A stretch of DNA of 64,000 bases from an uncultured Actinomycetes bacterium (GTDB lineage: Bacteria; Actinomycetota; Thermoleophilia; RBG-16-64-13), in the NCBI GenBank assembly GCA_963841735.1, contig CAWJDT010000001.1, forward strand, positions 864,001 through 928,000. The letters run 5' to 3'. Below, in pieces: positions 35,608 to 45,328 of this stretch. The first letter of the stretch is position 1; every line of letters starts with the position of its first letter. A model generated the notes under the pieces. That model made no database searches. It had not been told where the DNA came from and saw only the letters and a program-made list of their open reading frames with translations. Both the position numbers and the translations under genes were made by a program.

Positions 35608-36989
35608 TCAAACGATGGTTCTCTCGGGTGGGAGTCCGCGCCCGCCTCTTGTTTGCCATCTTGATCACTGTTGCGGTCGCCCTGATAACGATGACCGTGG
35701 CCTTCAACATCCTGCTGAGCGCTCTGCTCACGTCGGATATTGACGACCGTCTCACGACCATGGCCTTCGAGGCCAGCGGCACGATCAGCATAGTGGGCGG
35801 CTCCGTGAGCCTTCCCCGCCCGTCGGGGGATATCAAGGAATGGGGATCCCAGGTGTGGGTGTTTGTGGGCGGAAAGACCTTCAGTTCTCCGGATGTCAAC
35901 GCCGTCATCGGCGACGCGGCCCGGGCTCTGCGCAACACCGTGCAGTCCGACGGTCAGGCCCGGTTCGCTAACGTTCCCGACGAAGAGGTGCGTCTGTTCG
36001 GCGTCGCGCTCTGGAACAACGACAAGACCACACGCATCGGCACCATCGTGACCGGCATGGACATGGCTTCGTACGGCCGGACCCAGAGGATGGCCCTGGT
36101 CGGCACAATCGCGTTCACCGCTCTGCTTCTGATAGTGGTGGGTTTCGTCGGACGCTGGGCCCTCAACGCCGCTTTCCGACCGGTCTCGAAGATGACTACC
36201 GAAGCCGAGGCCTGGAGTACCACCGACCTCGACCAGCGCTTCGAGATGGGTGACCCTCACGATGAGGTGACCCATCTGGCCCGTACGCTCGACGGCATGC
36301 TGGACCGGCTCGCGGCCAGTCTGCGTCGTGAACGGCGCTTCTCCGCCGAGGTCTCTCATCAACTGCGCACTCCGGTGGCCAAGATCAAAGCGGAGGCCGA
36401 ACTGGCACTTCGTCGGCAACGCGAGCCCGCCTACTACCAGGAGGCGCTGGCCTCGGTGCTGCACAGCGCCGATCAGATGGCCCGGACGGTCGAGACCCTG
36501 TTGGCCGCGGCGCAGGAGGAGGGGACTTTGGCGCGAGGCCGGGCCGACGCGGGCAAGGTGATGGAAGACGTGGCCAAAGGCGTGGCAGTCCTTGCCGCGG
36601 GGAGGCAGGTCCAGGTGCATTCCGAGCGGCCGGTGCGCGAGCTTCGCGTGGGGGTGGGAGACGATATCGCCGCTCAGATCATCCAGCCGGTGGTGGAGAA
36701 TGCCTGTCGGTTCGCTAAGAGCGAGGTCATTCTGAATGTGTTTCGAAAGGGCAAGGAGATCCACTTCGTCGTGGAGGACGATGGCCCGGGTGTGGACGAA
36801 GACGAGAAGGACAAGATCTTCGAGCCCGGAGTGCGCGGTTCGGCCGCACTCAACGGGTCCGACGGCCCGCGCGGGGCGGGACTGGGCCTGTCACTGGCCC
36901 GCAGGCTGGCCCGCGCGGCCTCCGGCGACGTGGTGGTGGAACTCCCCCAAAGCGGGGCGAGGTTCGTGATCCACATGCCGAGCGGCTAG
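35604..36989 (+). CDS. Sensor histidine kinase (two TM, HAMP, HisKA, HATPase)
   Basis: 'EVSHQLRTP', 'ENACRF', 'DDGPGV', 'GAGLGL'; ATGA overlap with the regulator. Confidence 0.9.
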   Translation: MIKRWFSRVGVRARLLFAILITVAVALITMTVAFNILLSALLTSDIDDRLTTMAFEASGTISIVGGSVSLPRPSGDIKEWGSQVWVFVGGKTFSSPDVNAVIGDAARALRNTVQSDGQARFANVPDEEVRLFGVALWNNDKTTRIGTIVTGMDMASYGRTQRMALVGTIAFTALLLIVVGFVGRWALNAAFRPVSKMTTEAEAWSTTDLDQRFEMGDPHDEVTHLARTLDGMLDRLAASLRRERRFSAEVSHQLRTPVAKIKAEAELALRRQREPAYYQEALASVLHSADQMARTVETLLAAAQEEGTLARGRADAGKVMEDVAKGVAVLAAGRQVQVHSERPVRELRVGVGDDIAAQIIQPVVENACRFAKSEVILNVFRKGKEIHFVVEDDGPGVDEDEKDKIFEPGVRGSAALNGSDGPRGAGLGLSLARRLARAASGDVVVELPQSGARFVIHMPSG

Positions 36990-37048
36990 GGCCGGCGCTC
37001 TCGAGTCGCCGCTTCCGAGTCGCCCATCCGGCCCGGCGCTACCGGGTG

Positions 37049-39613
37049 CTAGCTGTACCAGAGTATGTGGCGCGCCTCAAGAGGGACCCGGGCGTATGCG
37101 TTTTCCGGCACTATCCGGGGAGTGTAGTCGGTGGCCGGGCGGGTGGCCGGCACCGCGACCTGGTAGACCAGTGGGCCGGAGGAGCCACCGTTTGTGGCGG
37201 TGGGTTTCTGGGGAGCGGCGGCGAAGAGGTGCCGTTCGGGTGCACCGTCGCGCAGGGCCTCGGCGTAGAGTTCCACCCTTACCGCCTCAGGCGGCATGTT
37301 CCCCAGCAAGACCTCGAGCTTGAAGGAGTGCCCGGGTCCCATGGGGTCGGTGCCGGCTTCGACCACAAGCTCCCCAAAGCCGATGCCCGCCCAGTGTTGG
37401 TCCAGAAGGGCCTTCCAAGTCTCGATACCGGCAGCGCTCGCGGGCGCACCAGAGGCGTCCGCCGCCATGCGCTCCCGATACGCCGCTGCCCCCGGCAGGT
37501 AGTAGCGCTCCAGGTAGTCCTCCATCATGCGGTTGGTCGAGAACTGCGGGGCCAGGCGGGCCATGCTCTCACGCACCCGGGCCATCCAGCGACGGGGGAT
37601 GCCCTGCTCGTCGCGGTCGTAGAACTCAGGGATGATCTCGTTCTCGAGCAGGTCGTACAGCCGTTCGGCTTCGGCGGCGTCCCAGGCTGGATCGGACCCA
37701 TGCTCCAGCCCGTCGCCAAGGGCCCAACCCACGTCAGGAGCGTAAGCCTCGGCCCACCATCCGTCGAGTTCCGACAGGTTCAATCCGCCGTTGACCAAGA
37801 TCTTCATGCCGCTTGTGCCACTCGCCTCCCAGGGCCGCCGAGGAGTGTTGAGCCACACGTCCACCCCGTGCACCAGGTGCTCGGCGATGCCCATGTCGTA
37901 GTCGACCAAGAATATGATGTGAGGTCGTATGTCGCACCGGCTGATGAACTCGCTCCACCGGCGGATCATTTCCTTACCGGCGTTGTCGGCGGGGTGGGCC
38001 TTGCCGGCCAGCACCAACTGCACCCTGCTACCCTCGCAACAAAGAAGGCGGCGCAGCCGGTCCGGATCGTAGAGGAGCAGATCGGGTCTCTTGTAGGTGG
38101 CGAACCGCCGGGCGAACCCCAGGGTCAAGACCGCCGGGTCGCACAGGCAGGTGATGTCTGAGCTGAGGCTCTCCAGGCTGCCGGCGATAGTCCCCTGTCT
38201 CTGCACGTGTTCGCGGGCTACTGTGATCAGCTTCCGGCGGTTTGCGTCACGGAACGCCCAGAGGTCCTCATCGCTGACCTGCCGGACGGGATCGCTCAGA
38301 TTATCGAGACTGCCCAGCCAGCGGTGCTTTCCGCAGACTCTGGTCCAGAGGGCGTCGGCTTCCTCGGAGTCCCAGGAAGGCACATGGACCCCGTTGGTCA
38401 CGTGTCCGACGGGCACTTCGGCGTGCGGCCATCTGGGGAAGAGGCGCTGGAAGAGACCCCGGCTCACCTCGCCGTGTAGCCGACTGACCCCGTTGATCGC
38501 TCCGCTGCCTCTGATCGCCAGGTAGGCCATGTTGAACGGGTCACCCTGGGTTGTGTCGGGGAGTCTGCCGAGGGCCAAGAGTTCCCCCAACCCGATCCCC
38601 AAGGAATCCGCGTAGCCACCCAGGTACTGCGCGACAAGCGCCGGGGCAAAACTGTCGAATCCGGCTTCCACAGGTGTATGGGTGGTGAAGAGGTTGCCGG
38701 GCCTTGTGGCTGTGAGGGCCGTGGTGAAGTCGATCCCCTTGTCTTCCATGTGACAACGCGCCCTCTCCAAGACGGCAAGGGCGGCGTGGCCCTCATTCAA
38801 GTGGCAGATCTCGGGGGCGATGCCCAAGCTGCGTAACAATCGCCACCCCCCGATTCCCAGGATCATCTCCTGCTGTAGGCGGGTCTCGCCTCGTCCTCCG
38901 TAGAGCTCGCTGGTGATACCCCGGTCGGCGGGGTTGTTCATCAGGTGGTTGGCGTCGAGCAGGTAGAGACCCACCCGGCCGGCGCGGACCTCCCACACAC
39001 GTAGACGGACGTCCCGGCGGGGGAAGGGCACCGTTACCTCCACCCATTCCCCGTCGGCGTCGCGGAGCGGGCTGATGGGCAATTGGCCCGGATCGTTGAA
39101 GGGATAGAACTCGATCTGTTCGCCGGCGGCATTGAGGGCCTGTCGGAAGTACCCTTGTTGCCAGAGTAGGCCGACGCCGGCTATGGGGACCCCCAGGTCA
39201 CTGGCCGCTTTGAGGAAGTCGCCCGCCAAGATGCCCAAGCCGCCGCTGTAGATGGGCAGAGCCTCACTGAGACCGAACTCCATGCTGAAGTAGGCGATGG
39301 TCCCAAGGGAGTTGCCCGCGTATTTCTCTTCGAACCACGGCCGGGCTTTGAGCGCCTCGTGTCTGGCGGTGACATGATGGTCCACCAGAGCCAGGAAGGC
39401 GGGGTCGGCTGCCGCGCCCTCCAGCCGGGTCTGAGAGATGGTTTGCAGGATGTGCCAAGGATTACCGGTGACTTCCCAGAGGTCGGGCGCCAACTGCTTC
39501 CACAGCTCATCGGCGGAATGGCTCCACGACCAGCGTAGGTCGAGGGCCAGATCGATAAGCCCGGCCAGCGGAGCCGGGACGTAGGGCAAGGAGCGACGAG
39601 GTTGGGCGGTCAT
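37049..39613 (-). CDS. glgP: Alpha-glucan (glycogen/maltodextrin) phosphorylase
   Basis: Start ATG 39613 with GGAGG; 'YSGGLGILAGD', 'HLNEGH', 'ARRFATYKR', PLP site 'EASGTSGMK'. Confidence 0.95.
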   Translation of the reverse strand: MTAQPRRSLPYVPAPLAGLIDLALDLRWSWSHSADELWKQLAPDLWEVTGNPWHILQTISQTRLEGAAADPAFLALVDHHVTARHEALKARPWFEEKYAGNSLGTIAYFSMEFGLSEALPIYSGGLGILAGDFLKAASDLGVPIAGVGLLWQQGYFRQALNAAGEQIEFYPFNDPGQLPISPLRDADGEWVEVTVPFPRRDVRLRVWEVRAGRVGLYLLDANHLMNNPADRGITSELYGGRGETRLQQEMILGIGGWRLLRSLGIAPEICHLNEGHAALAVLERARCHMEDKGIDFTTALTATRPGNLFTTHTPVEAGFDSFAPALVAQYLGGYADSLGIGLGELLALGRLPDTTQGDPFNMAYLAIRGSGAINGVSRLHGEVSRGLFQRLFPRWPHAEVPVGHVTNGVHVPSWDSEEADALWTRVCGKHRWLGSLDNLSDPVRQVSDEDLWAFRDANRRKLITVAREHVQRQGTIAGSLESLSSDITCLCDPAVLTLGFARRFATYKRPDLLLYDPDRLRRLLCCEGSRVQLVLAGKAHPADNAGKEMIRRWSEFISRCDIRPHIIFLVDYDMGIAEHLVHGVDVWLNTPRRPWEASGTSGMKILVNGGLNLSELDGWWAEAYAPDVGWALGDGLEHGSDPAWDAAEAERLYDLLENEIIPEFYDRDEQGIPRRWMARVRESMARLAPQFSTNRMMEDYLERYYLPGAAAYRERMAADASGAPASAAGIETWKALLDQHWAGIGFGELVVEAGTDPMGPGHSFKLEVLLGNMPPEAVRVELYAEALRDGAPERHLFAAAPQKPTATNGGSSGPLVYQVAVPATRPATDYTPRIVPENAYARVPLEARHILWYS

Positions 39614-39701
39614 CGGGCACCTCCACAGCGGCACGTTTCTGGGAGCCGGCGTCCTGCTGACGATCGTCTCACGCCCGCTCCCGTGAGCTAGACTCATATC
39701 G

Positions 39702-41948
39702 ATGGTAACTCACAACCGGCATCCTCGTTGTTCTGACGGGCTCCTGGCGGAGCTGGCGGCCCTGTGGGGCGTGCAGACCGGCTATCGCGATGCGCGTTCG
39801 CGGTGGCGGGAATCACCTCCGGAGGTCGTGCGGCAGGTGCTGGAGGCTCTGGGAGCTGGCTACGGCGAGCGGCTGGGCGCTGGATCGGCCGCGGGGCTCG
39901 GCGGCGCGAGGGCCGAGCGCGGTATGGCGCGTGCGCTGGCGCTGAAGAAGGCGGAACTGGCCGGGCGCTTGATCGAGCCGGTAGTGGTCGCGTGGGAAGG
40001 GGTGCTGCCGCCGGTCGCCGGACCGCGCGGAGCACAAGGCCCGGCGGGTGTCGGCGATGGACGACCCATGAGGCTGACCCTGCTGTTCGAAGAAGGGGGA
40101 GAAGAGCGCTGGGAGGCCGGCCGGCCGGGGCCCCGCGCTGGGCGGGGCGGACCGCGCGGCGACGTAGTCCACCGGTGCCGCGTGCCCTTTGGCTATCACC
40201 GGCTGCGAGTGGAGACCGCGAGCGCTGAAGCCGAAGCCACCGTGATCTCGGCCCCGAGGCGGTGTTGGGCGCCCCCGCTGCCGCCGGGGGGCGCGGCCGG
40301 CGGTGCGTCGCCCAGACAGTGGGGCGTCTTCGCTCCGCTCTACGCTCTGCGCAGTGAGCGCGACTGGGGGGCTGGCGACCTGGCCGACCTGGAGCAACTA
40401 CGTGATGTGGTGGGTGCCGCGGGAGGCAGAGCGGTGGCCACTCTGCCGTTGCTGGCGACCTATCTGGATCGTCCCTTCGAGCCCTGTCCGTACAGCCCGG
40501 TGAGCCGCATGTTTTGGAGCGAGTTCTACCTTGCGGTGGACCGGATCCCGGAATGGGATGAATGCCCGGCGGTGCGGCTGATCGGAGGCACGGGCGGCGT
40601 CGGAGACCCGGTGAGCCCGCTCCGTGCGGAGCCCCTGGTGCAATACCGGGAGGTCATGGCGCTGAAGAGGCGGGCGCTCGAGGAGTTGTGCCGTCACTTC
40701 TTTGCTCACGCCGGTTCGCGGAGGCGGGAGGCGTTGGCCTCGTATCTGCGATCCCGGCCGGAGGCGCTTGAATACGCGGCCTTTCGCGCGCGGGTGGAGT
40801 CGTTGGGCGAAGACTGGCGGAGCTGGCCAGAGGCCGAGACGGGCGCCGTGATGACACCGCGGCCGCTCTCTGCGATGTCGGAGGCGGAGCGTTATCACCT
40901 GTTCTGCCAGTGGCAGATGGACGAACAGCTCGCTCACCTGGCCGGGGACTCGGTTGTTCGATCGGGCGGGGACGAGAGCTGCGCCGCGCTTGGCCGTCCC
41001 GGCCTACTGCTCGATCTTCCTGTGGGCGTGCACGCGGGCGGGTTTGACACCTGGAAGTGGAGGGACCTGTTTGTCGACTCAATGTCCACCGGGGCGCCGC
41101 CGGATGCGTTCTTCGCTCGGGGACAAGACTGGGCCTCACCACCCCTGCATCCCCAGCGTATCCGGGAACAGGGCCATCGCTACTATGCGCGCTGCCTCCA
41201 GGAGCACATGCGCCACGCCGGCTACCTGCGCGTCGATCACGTGATGTCGCTACACAGGCTGTTCTGGGTGCCCGCCGGCCGGGAGCCCGCCGACGGAGCA
41301 TACGTGAGCTACCCAGCGGAGGAGCTGTATGCGGCGCTCTGCCTCGAATCTTGGCGTCATAACACGGTGGTGGTAGGAGAGGACCTGGGCACCGTCCCGG
41401 CCGGCGTGCGGGCCGCGATGCGCCGGCACCAGGTGTTGGGCACGTGGGTGTTCCAGAGTTCCCTGAAGCCGCGGGCTGCCTTTCCCGTTGGCGCGGTGCC
41501 GCACCATGTGGTGGCCGCTCTGGGAACGCACGACATGTTCCCGTTCGCGGGCTTTCTCCGCGGCGATGATATCGGCGCCCGCGTGGAGACCGGCCAACTG
41601 GGTCAAGCGGGGGCGCGTCGTGAAGCGGAGGCCCGGCGGAAGCTGATGGTGAGGTTGGCTGATTCCTTGCAGGCACGGCGACGTGCTGCCGGCTCTGCGG
41701 CGCCGGGTGACTACTTATCTCCACCGGCTGCGGTGCTGGAGCACGCCGCGCCCGGCGCGCTGCTGCGGAATGCCGTCACCTACCTGTGGGACAGCCCAGC
41801 AGCGTTGGTGCTGGTGAACATCGAGGACCTGCTTCTCGAGACCTGCCCGCAGAACCTACCGGGGACGGACTCTTCTCGGGGTAACTGGAGGCGCAAGATG
41901 GCGACGACCGTAGCCGGTCTCGAACAGGTGGTCTCCTCTTTGCCCTAG
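39702..41948 (+). CDS. malQ: 4-alpha-glucanotransferase (GH77)
   Basis: 'WGVFAPLY', 'PYSPVSR', 'DLPVGV', 'GAPPDAF', catalytic 'RVDHV', 'GEDLG', 'THD', and 'NLPGT'. Confidence 0.93.
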   Translation: MVTHNRHPRCSDGLLAELAALWGVQTGYRDARSRWRESPPEVVRQVLEALGAGYGERLGAGSAAGLGGARAERGMARALALKKAELAGRLIEPVVVAWEGVLPPVAGPRGAQGPAGVGDGRPMRLTLLFEEGGEERWEAGRPGPRAGRGGPRGDVVHRCRVPFGYHRLRVETASAEAEATVISAPRRCWAPPLPPGGAAGGASPRQWGVFAPLYALRSERDWGAGDLADLEQLRDVVGAAGGRAVATLPLLATYLDRPFEPCPYSPVSRMFWSEFYLAVDRIPEWDECPAVRLIGGTGGVGDPVSPLRAEPLVQYREVMALKRRALEELCRHFFAHAGSRRREALASYLRSRPEALEYAAFRARVESLGEDWRSWPEAETGAVMTPRPLSAMSEAERYHLFCQWQMDEQLAHLAGDSVVRSGGDESCAALGRPGLLLDLPVGVHAGGFDTWKWRDLFVDSMSTGAPPDAFFARGQDWASPPLHPQRIREQGHRYYARCLQEHMRHAGYLRVDHVMSLHRLFWVPAGREPADGAYVSYPAEELYAALCLESWRHNTVVVGEDLGTVPAGVRAAMRRHQVLGTWVFQSSLKPRAAFPVGAVPHHVVAALGTHDMFPFAGFLRGDDIGARVETGQLGQAGARREAEARRKLMVRLADSLQARRRAAGSAAPGDYLSPPAAVLEHAAPGALLRNAVTYLWDSPAALVLVNIEDLLLETCPQNLPGTDSSRGNWRRKMATTVAGLEQVVSSLP

Positions 41949-43549
41949 CCCTCTCGCGCTGACGGCCTGCCGTCCCGGCTGGGGCGGCGCTTGTGTGTAT
42001 CGCGTGAGGGGACCTTGCCGCCACAGATGACGATGCCAAGAGCTGTTATCTCGGCGCGGGCGAGCAGTTGTCTCACCTGCACCGCTTCGGCCGCGGTCTC
42101 CTTGCCCAGTGTGCTTGCCAGGACCACGGCATCGACCGACTGGGCAAGGATGAGCGAGTCGGACGCCATCAGCATGGGCGGCCCGTCTACGATCACATAG
42201 TCGGATATGCCCTGCAGGTCGGCCAGTAGGTCTCCCATCGCGCTCGACTCCAGGATCTCGTTGGGGCTGCCGGGCAGGATGCCGCTGGTAAGACACAAGA
42301 ACTTTGAGACCGGGGATTCGCGCTCGGTGGACTTGCGGGTGAAGCTGATGCGCGGGCTGACGAAAGGAGCAAGATCGACCGCCTGGATCTTGGCCGACCA
42401 CGAGGCCCCTTGGTCCAGTAGCACATCTCCCAGGCCTTCATCATTGGGGATGCCGAGATACCGGTCGATCGATGGGTTTCGCAGGTCTGCATCGACCAGG
42501 ACCACGCGATCACCCGACAGGGCCATGGTAAGAGCGAGATTGATGGCCAGCGTACTCTTGCCCTCGCCCGGAGCAGCGCTCGTGACCAGGATGCTTCTCT
42601 TTGTCTCTCCGAACCCGAGGACCTTCAGATTCGACCGCAGCATGCGCATGGCCTCGAGCAGGGACTCGTCACCCTCCGGGAAGCCCAGGGTGGGCCGGGC
42701 CGGCGCGGAGCTGATCCCCCGGCCGCGGGGGTATGCGGGCATGGTGCCCAAGACAGGGAGTCCCACCACCCGCTCCAACGTGACGCGGTCCTTTATGCGC
42801 CGGTCGAAGTAGCCCAACAGCGTGACAAGGATCAGGCCTAGGACCAAGCCACCGGCAAGTCCTAGGAGTAGGTTGAAGATGGGTCTGGGAGAGTACGCCG
42901 AAGTGGGGACGAGCGCCTTCTGGATCACCTCGTAGTCGGAGATCTGCATGGAGAGAAACGCGTTCAGGTCGGTCAGTTGCTGCCGGAGGGTCTGACCCCG
43001 CTCCGAATCTGCCATTTCGGCGCCGAGGGCCGCGATGCGGGCCTCAAGCAGGCCCCGTGCTTCGGTCAGCGCTTCTGTGATGATCTCCCCGCGTTCGATA
43101 ACAAACAGAGCGGCAAACGCGTCTGCGATCTCGGCAGCGCGGCCTGGATCGGCGCTGACCGCCGTCACGCGGATCTCGGCGCTCACGGCGTCGGCCTCGA
43201 CCTTGATCGCGGACCGGAGATCAGGGGCGGCGGCGGCGCCTCCCATGGCCTGGCTTACCCGTGCGGCAAAATCGGAGGTCTGCAGCGCCAGTGCGTCGTT
43301 GGATATGTTGTGTTTAAGCTCCGCAGTCCCCGCGGAGACAAGGGCCTGGGATGCGACCTCCGCGTCCCGGTCCGAGTAGCGGAGCTGAGTTGTAGTCTTG
43401 TACTGGGGATCGAGGAGCAGGGAGACCGCGAATATCAGGCCACCGACCACGATCATTGTGAAAACCACGGCCCACCAGCGCTCGCGTATTGTGGCGACAA
43501 GCCGGTAGAAACGGCTGTCCCCCGCGTCGCTATCGATGAGTGCGCTCAT
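41945..43549 (-). CDS. Wzc-like polysaccharide co-polymerase/BY-kinase, copy 1 (canonical Walker A, no Tyr cluster)
   Basis: Two TM segments flanking a Wzz-like loop; 'TSAAPGEGKST', 'VDADLR', 'IVDGPP'; C-terminus 'RDTHKRRPSRDGRPSAREG' has no Tyr. Confidence 0.88.
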   Translation of the reverse strand: MSALIDSDAGDSRFYRLVATIRERWWAVVFTMIVVGGLIFAVSLLLDPQYKTTTQLRYSDRDAEVASQALVSAGTAELKHNISNDALALQTSDFAARVSQAMGGAAAAPDLRSAIKVEADAVSAEIRVTAVSADPGRAAEIADAFAALFVIERGEIITEALTEARGLLEARIAALGAEMADSERGQTLRQQLTDLNAFLSMQISDYEVIQKALVPTSAYSPRPIFNLLLGLAGGLVLGLILVTLLGYFDRRIKDRVTLERVVGLPVLGTMPAYPRGRGISSAPARPTLGFPEGDESLLEAMRMLRSNLKVLGFGETKRSILVTSAAPGEGKSTLAINLALTMALSGDRVVLVDADLRNPSIDRYLGIPNDEGLGDVLLDQGASWSAKIQAVDLAPFVSPRISFTRKSTERESPVSKFLCLTSGILPGSPNEILESSAMGDLLADLQGISDYVIVDGPPMLMASDSLILAQSVDAVVLASTLGKETAAEAVQVRQLLARAEITALGIVICGGKVPSRDTHKRRPSRDGRPSAREG

Positions 43550-43757
43550 CGTCTCTTAGTTCTCCCTCTGTCCATGCATGTTAATGATTATCGGACTTCC
43601 GGCGTATCTCTAAAGCGCGGTGCGAGGAGGAGTTAACGGGTCGGTCTCAAAAGACATAGTGTGGTTTTCTCCGCATCGGCCGATAATTCGTCTGACTACG
43701 CTCCCGGTGTGAGGCCGGAAGTGGGGGCATAATACTCCGGGCCGTCAAGGAGAGATA

Positions 43758-45317
43758 GTGGACAAAGACGAACGCCGACCTATAGGTACCGTGTTGTGGC
43801 GGCGGAGATGGATCATCATCGCCGCGGCGCTGATCGCTCTGGGCACCGCGATGGCCGTGTCCTTGATGCGGACTCCGCAGTATCGAGCCGAGGGGACGCT
43901 GGTGCGCGATCAGAGTTCCATCGGTGTCAGCCTCTTTGGTATGTCCGTCTATCAACCCGAGGACGCTCAGCGAGAATTGGTCACCACTGCCGGGCTGTTG
44001 ACTTCGGCGCGAGTCGCGGCCTTGGTTCGTAAAGACACCGGCATCGAACTCTCCGCAGGGAAGCTGCTTGCCATGGTGGCGGCCAAGCCCTCCACCGAGT
44101 CGAGCACGATCAAGGTCGAGGTAGTGGGCCCCGATCCTGGGGAGACTGCGCAGTTGGTCGATTCGTTCGCCAACCAGACCATCCTCCTCCGTCAGGAAGC
44201 CAACCGTGCTGCGCTCGCCGATGCCCGGCAGGCTCTGCAGGCTTCTATCGCTCTGATGACGCCGGCCGACCTGGAGTCGACGCAGGGCCAGGAACTGCGG
44301 GACAGGGTCGAGCAACTCAAGATCCTGGAAGAAGTGCAGACGGGGGGCTACTCGCTTTGGCAGCCTGCAGAAGTGCCATCGTCGGCCATTTCTCCCAGGC
44401 CGGTAAGGGATGCGATCGCGGGATTTGCCGTGGGGTTGGTCTTGGGACTGATCTTGGCGGTGGTTCTCGACCGCGTCGACCGGAGGCTCAAGGAACAGGG
44501 TGATTTCGAGCGGGAGTTCAGCCTTCCCATTTTGGCGGCGGTTCCCCAGGTGGCCAAGAGATGGAAACGGGGAGCAGAAAGCTCCAACGGTTTCGTGGGC
44601 TTCGCCGATTCGAACGCTCCCACGCTCGAAGCCTTTCGCCTGCTTCGCTCCAATCTGCAGTACTTCGAAGTCGAACGAGGGCTCCGCAGTATCCTCGTGA
44701 CGAGCGGGTTGCCGCAAGAAGCCAAGACTGTCACCACGATCAATCTGGCCTTCAGCCTTGCCTTGTCGGGGGAGAGGGTCGTGCTGATCGACAGTGACCT
44801 TCGCAACCCTTGGATGCACAAGTATCTGTACTTGGACAACAGTGCCGGGCTTTCCAACGTTCTGGCGGGCAGCATCCAGGTGGAGCAGGCCATCAAGGTT
44901 GTGAAGATCGCCGGCTTTCTGCCGCGTGCCGACCAGCACGCGCACAACGGCGAGTTGTCCGGCAAGGGTTTGGACAAGGACCTCCTATGCCTCACTTCCG
45001 GTCCACTCCCGCCGAACCCAGCCGAGCTCCTCGCTTCGCCTCGCATGGGCGATATCATCAAGAGCCTGACGGCTGTGGCCGATCACGTGCTCATCGATTC
45101 GGCACCCCTGCTGCCCGTGGTGGACTCGGTGAGCCTTGCGCCGAGAGTCGATGGGGTGATTGTTGTGGCCCGGGTGGGTAAGACAACCATCGATCAGGCC
45201 CACGAGGTCAAGAATGTCCTTGAGCGGGTGGGAGCCAGACCGGTGGGATTGGTCATCTCGGGCATCAAGGCCGGCGGGCGTGGCTACGAGCGGGGCTACT
45301 ACCAGAAAGACAGCTAG
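43758..45317 (+). CDS. Wzc-like polysaccharide co-polymerase/BY-kinase, copy 2 (variant Walker A, Tyr cluster present)
   Basis: Two TM segments; 'TSGLPQEAKT', 'IDSDLR', 'LIDSAP'; C-terminus 'RGYERGYYQKDS'. Confidence 0.88.
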   Translation: MDKDERRPIGTVLWRRRWIIIAAALIALGTAMAVSLMRTPQYRAEGTLVRDQSSIGVSLFGMSVYQPEDAQRELVTTAGLLTSARVAALVRKDTGIELSAGKLLAMVAAKPSTESSTIKVEVVGPDPGETAQLVDSFANQTILLRQEANRAALADARQALQASIALMTPADLESTQGQELRDRVEQLKILEEVQTGGYSLWQPAEVPSSAISPRPVRDAIAGFAVGLVLGLILAVVLDRVDRRLKEQGDFEREFSLPILAAVPQVAKRWKRGAESSNGFVGFADSNAPTLEAFRLLRSNLQYFEVERGLRSILVTSGLPQEAKTVTTINLAFSLALSGERVVLIDSDLRNPWMHKYLYLDNSAGLSNVLAGSIQVEQAIKVVKIAGFLPRADQHAHNGELSGKGLDKDLLCLTSGPLPPNPAELLASPRMGDIIKSLTAVADHVLIDSAPLLPVVDSVSLAPRVDGVIVVARVGKTTIDQAHEVKNVLERVGARPVGLVISGIKAGGRGYERGYYQKDS

Positions 45318-45328
45318 GCCGGCAGGAG

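Noticed and set aside
35517-38161. 415-aa and 371-aa opposite-strand ORFs
   Set aside because: Antisense shadows of the histidine kinase and glgP.
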